From Monocercomonoides exilis PA203 (taxonomy: Eukaryota; Protista; Preaxostyla), in NCBI GenBank assembly GCA_001643675.2, contig LSRY02000023.1, positions 186,001-250,000 on the forward strand: a stretch of DNA of 64,000 nucleotides, read 5' to 3'. Made by a program: the position numbers and the translations under genes. Shown here in pieces: positions 60,101 to 64,000 of this stretch. A model generated the notes under the pieces. It searched no databases and was not told where the DNA came from. It worked only from the letters and a program-made list of their open reading frames with translations. Position 1 is the first letter of the stretch. Every line of letters begins with the position of its first letter.

Positions 60101-62746
60101 ATTCAGACAGCAGATGAAGTTACAATAACTTTGTGTGATTTTGCCTTTGGCTCAGGCTTCGAATCAAAGCATGTTTCTGTGTTCAATCAGATCAATGGAA
60201 CAACTTCTATAACACAATGCACATTCACTGGCGAAGATGAAACAGTGACGATACATTCTGCTCTGTTTAGCATTCAAAAGGGAAGATTAGATATTTTGAA
60301 GATAAGCATCTCTTCTCTAACTGTTAGTAGCTCTCTCATAAGAACCGAACAAGAAGGAAATGTACTTTTGAGCAACTCAACTGTTTCGAATATCAACGCA
60401 AATAATGGAGTATTGGATGGCAAACAAGGGAATGTTTCTCTTGAGCGGGTGAACATCACAAACTGCAATTCAAATTTCAGCATTTTTGCCTTCTCATCAC
60501 AATCTTGCGGTTCTTTGCTGAAAGTGAAAATTTCAACAATTGAGATCAAAGATGGCGCTGTCATTTTGATAAATACAGACAAAAATCCTGATGATATTTC
60601 ATCACATTCTTCATTTTCTGCTTTGCAATTGCCAAAACAGGAAGTAATCAACCATATGCTAGCGGTCAACGCTTTGACTGTTGAACACGTCAAAAGAACC
60701 ACAAATGGTGCCTGCGTTATTTCTGCCTCTGGCAAATCAACTCTTCTTTCTTCCTCATCTTTACCTTATTCTTCTCTTTCTGCTTCAACTCCATTCACTT
60801 TGCAGTTTACGAATTGCACGTTCATCGATTGCAATTCTCCGTCCACAAAAGGCAGCATTGCTTCATTCTTCTCTTGCCCAGACATTCAACTGCATGACTG
60901 TCTCTTTGACGGCTCAACAGTTTCGGAAACAGCAAGCAATATGAAAGCAGCAGTCAACGATGACAAACATAAGCGAATGGCAAATGCTCAATTGGATGAT
61001 CCAGAAATCTGCACATGGCAAGGTTCTCTTCTTCATTTGGAGCAAAGCAGTGCTGCGATAGAAATGTCCACGCTTGCCAATTCGGCAAAGGGAGGCATAT
61101 CAATAACAAAAAGCAATGCAACTCTTTTAAAAAGCGACTTCGAAGGAAACAAGCCGAACATACCTGGCTTTGAATCGATGAGCCGTAACATTCACTGCGT
61201 TGGACAGGAATCGACGTTAAATGTGGAAGGCATTGTTGGCAGCAGGTACGAGACAGATGCAACAACATCTTCTTTGTGGATTCTGAATGAAGAATGCAAG
61301 CTTTCTGGTGCTGCTGCTGATAGACAATCACCTTTCTTCATTCCTTCGCTGAAGAGAGCGACCAACAGAACTACTGGAGACAATCGAGAAATCGCCATGA
61401 GCGGTTCTCTGCTGATTCCGTGTGATCTATCATTCAGAATTATTTACGATCATAGTTCATCAAGCGAGATTGTCAACCACGAATTCTTTTCGTTTGTCTC
61501 AGAAACAGAAGCAATTGCAACTGTTCCAGAAGCAGAAATAGCAGAAAAGGGAGATAAGAGTGTAATATCAGTTCAACTCGTATTCAATGAGAAAAGTTCA
61601 GGAAATCCAAGCTATTCGACAATCCTCATGCTTCAGAATTTATCAAAGGACGACTCTTCTTCATTAAACGATATAATTTCACAGTCCGATGCAGGTGGAA
61701 ACACAGCATGGATGATTGCCTGCATTGTGTGTGCAGCTTTTCTTGTGCTGTTTGTTATTATGACAATAATCCTGATAGTTTTCCATCGAAACTTTTTAAC
61801 ACGCTCCGAAGTGAAAATCACCGAGATGAAAGATGATATAAAAAATTTGGAAGAAAAACTTAGTCGGACCAACAAAGAAAAAGACAACCGCTTCAAAAGC
61901 GAAGAGATGCCATCAACTCTGCTGGAAGGAATGACAAGTCAAATTCCTCTACTTGTTGAAGAAGAGCTTGAGGAATTACCTCCGCTTCCAGAATTTGAAG
62001 GATTTACAGGAGATGAAAGTAATTCCACGGAACATTTGGATCAGCCTTCTGTCTCCTCTGTAGAATCCGTCAAACATTCAGCGGTTGAACAACAGATTAA
62101 AATGCTTTCAACAAAAAAGCCATTTAGAGAAAGGAAGATTAGCGATGCTCAGACATTGCACTCGATTATTCATTCTGTTCAAGGAGATTTAACTTTGGGG
62201 ACGAGATCGATGGATGTCGTAGATGAGAAGGAAACAGTGCTTGCAGTCGCAAAGCTGTTTGCGCATCTGCTTAAGACTGGAGATGAGCGTGTGCAGATGA
62301 TGGAAGCAAATCTGTGTCCATTCACAATTTTTATAAAAAAGAGGGAAGAAGGAGAAAATGAAGTTTTTGTAATGGCAGAGGAAATAGAAGATGATACGAT
62401 AAAGAATGCAATGAAGCGATGGAAAGCACCCGAAGAAAATAATGAAAATGCTAATGAAGAAAATGAACGAGAAACAGATAGAATAGAAAAATCAGTTGTG
62501 TTCACTCTTGGATTAACGCTATATGAAATGATTGCAGGAGAGGAGCCTTTGAGCGAGTGCAACACAGAAGAAGCGCAGGAAATGATGAGAGATGGCGTTC
62601 GGCCACTAACAGAAGGAATTGAAGGAGAAGAAATGGTTGAGCTGATGGAGAAGATGTGGGCAGATGAGCCAAATGACAGACCATTTCTGGATGAAGTGAT
62701 TAGATCGTTAACAAGCTTGATACAAAGCAGAGAAGACGAGAATTGA
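54143..62746 (+). CDS. Giant type I membrane receptor-like protein 2: signal peptide, beta-helix ectodomain, TM, coiled coil, degenerate kinase-like domain
   Basis: MLLFSICKIILIFSFFSCA signal peptide. Repeated GGAI/GGGIY, FSxNxAxxGxD and CGxxxxPCxT modules. TM WMIACIVCAAFLVLFVIMTIILIVF at ~61708-61782. Kinase C-lobe motifs RWKAPE, VFTLGLTLYEM and DRP. Confidence 0.85.
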   Translation: MLLFSICKIILIFSFFSCADSYNLQLKTYLQSTKSLNGANNDYWDNWPTIQDNDKTPTVKNKNYENISGKRSLIEVSDFSHSFTIIDCSWTNIIQDDRFIVGQNGNITIQDCKFNKITMISDRPVIELKGIQRVIIEDTQFSETSRLSDGSVIDFDIGTDESTLDITKCNFTNCKSTAGCGGAISGTVGRGKLTITGCWFSECTSKKEGGAIYLRSGNAFENQFILKCLTFDRCSTDSSRGGHCLLITNWNREKYPITVENFASLKGVTDNPKSILFTDYDDIIDTSFSVSEIPSSKECIISVYVDDSGNDANDGSEEKPKKTLDGAVSVLGDDDIVLVIESVELTEEWKICWKKLEICPSKNNSLIYVKISGTGSLVNDEGVGAYKLLSFSSSIFHWETSVTQISSFASLSLGSLSFESCNFVFENTDISTTYSDAMFSLLNKGEGKNGGKLLLNTVSVTGFDWSSNSFIKTTTGQLALTYVEFNFEGDILKKSSFICCERGTQIFSMKNCKFEDVSIHIGSGAKKNSMASFFSSSSSSSYSSVIRKSSFFSSTSSSYSSLNAGTEVSNDASNSPFIAINAADSVSIEGCTFSAISSSTSLSGGALSITIPSSPSSSPFPFLAIHNSSFSSCEASEANGRGGAIFLSLTGSSEIGANAIELTQLIFSGNKAAKGTDVYILYDHLKNCISDWDLSKTTKPKMSLNALYGCETSSPSGPSDEFSLYPFFYSFTDNSVYVDSSSGVNEDEDDACGYSQWPCSTLLKAMNHLSSDVNIVKIVTSLSVNAVVGLSGKSFSFQSSSSSKSSVEVAINSGFTCNTASASNSDSIAFNNLIFNLPSEGTPSAVKALFAQSAEQITVSSCNFGKANAQTKKNCVVNLAVLTGGIFTLQQTSIQSMSFSSAQEGGVIQASSGAVLKIDRSTFSSVVLGSDVLINSNECNSLSIEGSTFNDISSTSPTGTVGFVKMKQGNAFSVKSTSFSKCSGSSGTASASLYLQLDNSIDPSSLTDSPLHVEKLTFTKADGLTEEKETFIFVDAKNLKNIVSSSSFVFDPLPTDLNAMMGRERSTTNEELDIPLLVYLWSNFTSTGFVSDKNGGDFSGCGFSEAPCKTIKHILDLRFNAFTLDKSTVKVKTSFSIDEPLLLSSSNKKLSLESSEGESTVRITDTDASNTQQCFFLVGMDFSISKITLSIPENLNNSRSSLLTCSAQILSFQNSKIALAQSVIRVSYDVIVAEGAGCLNVDHLSMDNVYTVSGKHFIAYRAIDESSVSGVISFLTGTFIHQGESGIILIEGKSKCEIKNATLSHESDRDSSALKVKSGKSLTIDNCTFQKCKVNSANGGAILIEESKSPDFVSEIHINNCIFDQCETLAQYGDGGGIYAHPVASTNLVISSCIFKLCKASAEPTVTGYGGGIYLDLTANSNNFIISSPTFGEGDKVNSASFGKDLFASSASLKDSIKEQTLPFAKQIPIENVNSMRGFDGNDKDNAIPLVCFFHSYGDVPYVGEDGADVNVCGFTVYPCKTVQKALGKIESTEKRQVFVMEGAKIEGELAVEDIEHLIIGNSVSQQAKPVPIKQKLIIVNGGTNTKGIINAKVKCTFEYVSLNIPPSFGYHTSLIELSVPESNLILNNDDFVFSSECNTLIINALQGSVSITSCDLINQNLKSSILEISSSAVSGTIDNLIVDGITVLNSPLIIISPASSASVSFSNTQFSVENNHRTNDECIVSITNSNFTNIELSQNAGGCVISPKPQSNFDAINCIVNGTQFSSGTSSSDKGGEMLFTLPAPDGSLMIEDCSFILCCTSSNGRGGGLYLDCIPNQHPDEAKSPVLNFHMKSVNFSMNNAFYGKDFFIFCDNINEQVTNELFSLDYSQTTFKDDKAFCGTDASQTDINLLSLIRFYRSEQIFVSSSAQEEDSMCGTENVPCRSVSEGMKHINEGYMRFLCIIAQADLGGETVMNALSVRPFRNENYKINMMREYANTTADSSLIQTADEVTITLCDFAFGSGFESKHVSVFNQINGTTSITQCTFTGEDETVTIHSALFSIQKGRLDILKISISSLTVSSSLIRTEQEGNVLLSNSTVSNINANNGVLDGKQGNVSLERVNITNCNSNFSIFAFSSQSCGSLLKVKISTIEIKDGAVILINTDKNPDDISSHSSFSALQLPKQEVINHMLAVNALTVEHVKRTTNGACVISASGKSTLLSSSSLPYSSLSASTPFTLQFTNCTFIDCNSPSTKGSIASFFSCPDIQLHDCLFDGSTVSETASNMKAAVNDDKHKRMANAQLDDPEICTWQGSLLHLEQSSAAIEMSTLANSAKGGISITKSNATLLKSDFEGNKPNIPGFESMSRNIHCVGQESTLNVEGIVGSRYETDATTSSLWILNEECKLSGAAADRQSPFFIPSLKRATNRTTGDNREIAMSGSLLIPCDLSFRIIYDHSSSSEIVNHEFFSFVSETEAIATVPEAEIAEKGDKSVISVQLVFNEKSSGNPSYSTILMLQNLSKDDSSSLNDIISQSDAGGNTAWMIACIVCAAFLVLFVIMTIILIVFHRNFLTRSEVKITEMKDDIKNLEEKLSRTNKEKDNRFKSEEMPSTLLEGMTSQIPLLVEEELEELPPLPEFEGFTGDESNSTEHLDQPSVSSVESVKHSAVEQQIKMLSTKKPFRERKISDAQTLHSIIHSVQGDLTLGTRSMDVVDEKETVLAVAKLFAHLLKTGDERVQMMEANLCPFTIFIKKREEGENEVFVMAEEIEDDTIKNAMKRWKAPEENNENANEENERETDRIEKSVVFTLGLTLYEMIAGEEPLSECNTEEAQEMMRDGVRPLTEGIEGEEMVELMEKMWADEPNDRPFLDEVIRSLTSLIQSREDEN

Positions 62747-63720
62747 TTGTCATTTTACAAATAATTTTATTTATCAATTATTATATTAGACTTAAAATTT
62801 TACAACTTTATTTGTTTAATAAAAGATATATTATGTGTATTGTTTGAGTTATTATTGCATTTCATTTTTTTCCCCCACTATTGTATGCAACTAGTTTTTT
62901 TATAAGCACATCAAAATTTTTATATATGTTTTTATAAAAATTTTTACAATAATAACCTTATTTATCGAAGAACTGCATCTGAATATTCAAAATTATCTTT
63001 TTGTTGCATTCTTTTTTCATTGTTGTTCAGTTATATGTCATCATTTTAATAATTTCATATTTTTATCTTCTTTTTCATTTTATGCCTTATTTTTATTTTA
63101 AAATTTCAAAAATCGTTTTAAATTCGAAAATGCAATACTTTTTGAGCTCTCCTCTAGTTGAATTTTTTTCTTTCTTTGTTTAATGCATTTTTGTAGTGAA
63201 GTAAGTAATGTATTTTGGCCTGTTTTTTCTGTTTGTTTTTTTATCGCATCTTGATTTTCTTTCTATAAACAACAATTTTGAGATTGATTTTTCGTGAATG
63301 AAGTCGCTTTACATTCAACATTTTTTCATCCTTTGTGTAAAGTGTATTGATGAACTTTGAATCTCTTTTGAAAGATAATCAAATAATTCATGCATTTATT
63401 CGATCAAGAGGAGTTGAAAAATAAAATAAAAAGAAAAATTAAAAAAACTCACCAAATTATCACCTCAATTCTCTCTATTGTTTTTCTGGCAGATTGGAAA
63501 TATTTCACAGTTCAATTTAAAATATGATTGCTAAATAATACGGGCATGTTCTATATTCACAAAAAAATTGAACAAGGTCCGAAAAATAAACTATATCATG
63601 CATAACTTACAAAATAAACGAATTGTCTTCACAAAAAAAGTGAAAACCTTTTATCATCAACAACAAAGAAAGAAAATATATCAAAAATATATTGACACAC
63701 AAAAAAAAAACATATTCCAT

Positions 63721-64000
63721 TCATAAATATCGAAGTATCTCCACATTCTCCTCTCCAATCAGTCGCGCCAGTATCTCTTCGCCACTGTGCCTCCTTTTTT
63801 GCCTCCGAAGTGAAGACTCAGTTGGCTGCAGATACGACTTATCTGGCGAGACAGATTTAACAGACGAACTTACACGAGTAGATGCAGACATTCCACAAGA
63901 TGAATAATTTCTTCCAGAATCTGCTGTTAAACTGTTGACTTCATTGCTATTCTCAGCACATACATCACCAGCAGACTGCTCGGAATTAACACACGAAACA
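63721..64000 (-). CDS. 3' end of an unidentified gene running off the window
   Basis: GC-richer exon-like frame QILEENYSSCGMSAST...LARLIGEENVEILRYL*, preceded by a GTATGT..ACAG intron and an upstream open frame. Confidence 0.4.
   Translation of the reverse strand, partial: VSCVNSEQSAGDVCAENSNEVNSLTADSGRNYSSCGMSASTRVSSSVKSVSPDKSYLQPTESSLRRQKRRHSGEEILARLIGEENVEILRYL

Overview
Eukaryotic, AT-rich, gene-dense genomic DNA with many short GT-AG introns (often GTTTG donors), huge Ser/Glu/Lys low-complexity tracts and giant beta-helix/TM/pseudokinase receptor-like genes. This style is most consistent with a metamonad protist such as the oxymonad Monocercomonoides (inference, not verified); the genetic code is standard. 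In order, the window holds: an ARM-repeat protein, a SNF2/BRM ATPase, SPF27/BCAS2, an Arf-like GTPase with a long acidic tail, receptor-like gene 1, a complete but mutated pogo/Fot1 (DD35D) transposon, CWC22, presenilin, a small Rdx-family selenoprotein absent from the ORF track, CTU2, RBM42, a tail-anchored protein, a poly-Ser C2H2 zinc-finger protein, a coiled-coil protein, a repeat-rich region, receptor-like gene 2 and the 3' end of another gene. There are two highlights. (1) A hidden SelW/SelT/SelH-like selenoprotein whose C-A-S-U motif forms only after splicing, with a textbook AUGA_AAA_GA SECIS in its 3' UTR. (2) A 5.9-kb non-autonomous DNA element with 161-bp perfect TIRs and an 8-bp TSD that carries captured fragments of several host genes (Pack-MULE/Pack-Merlin-like). 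Gene models were spliced by eye; no database searches were run.
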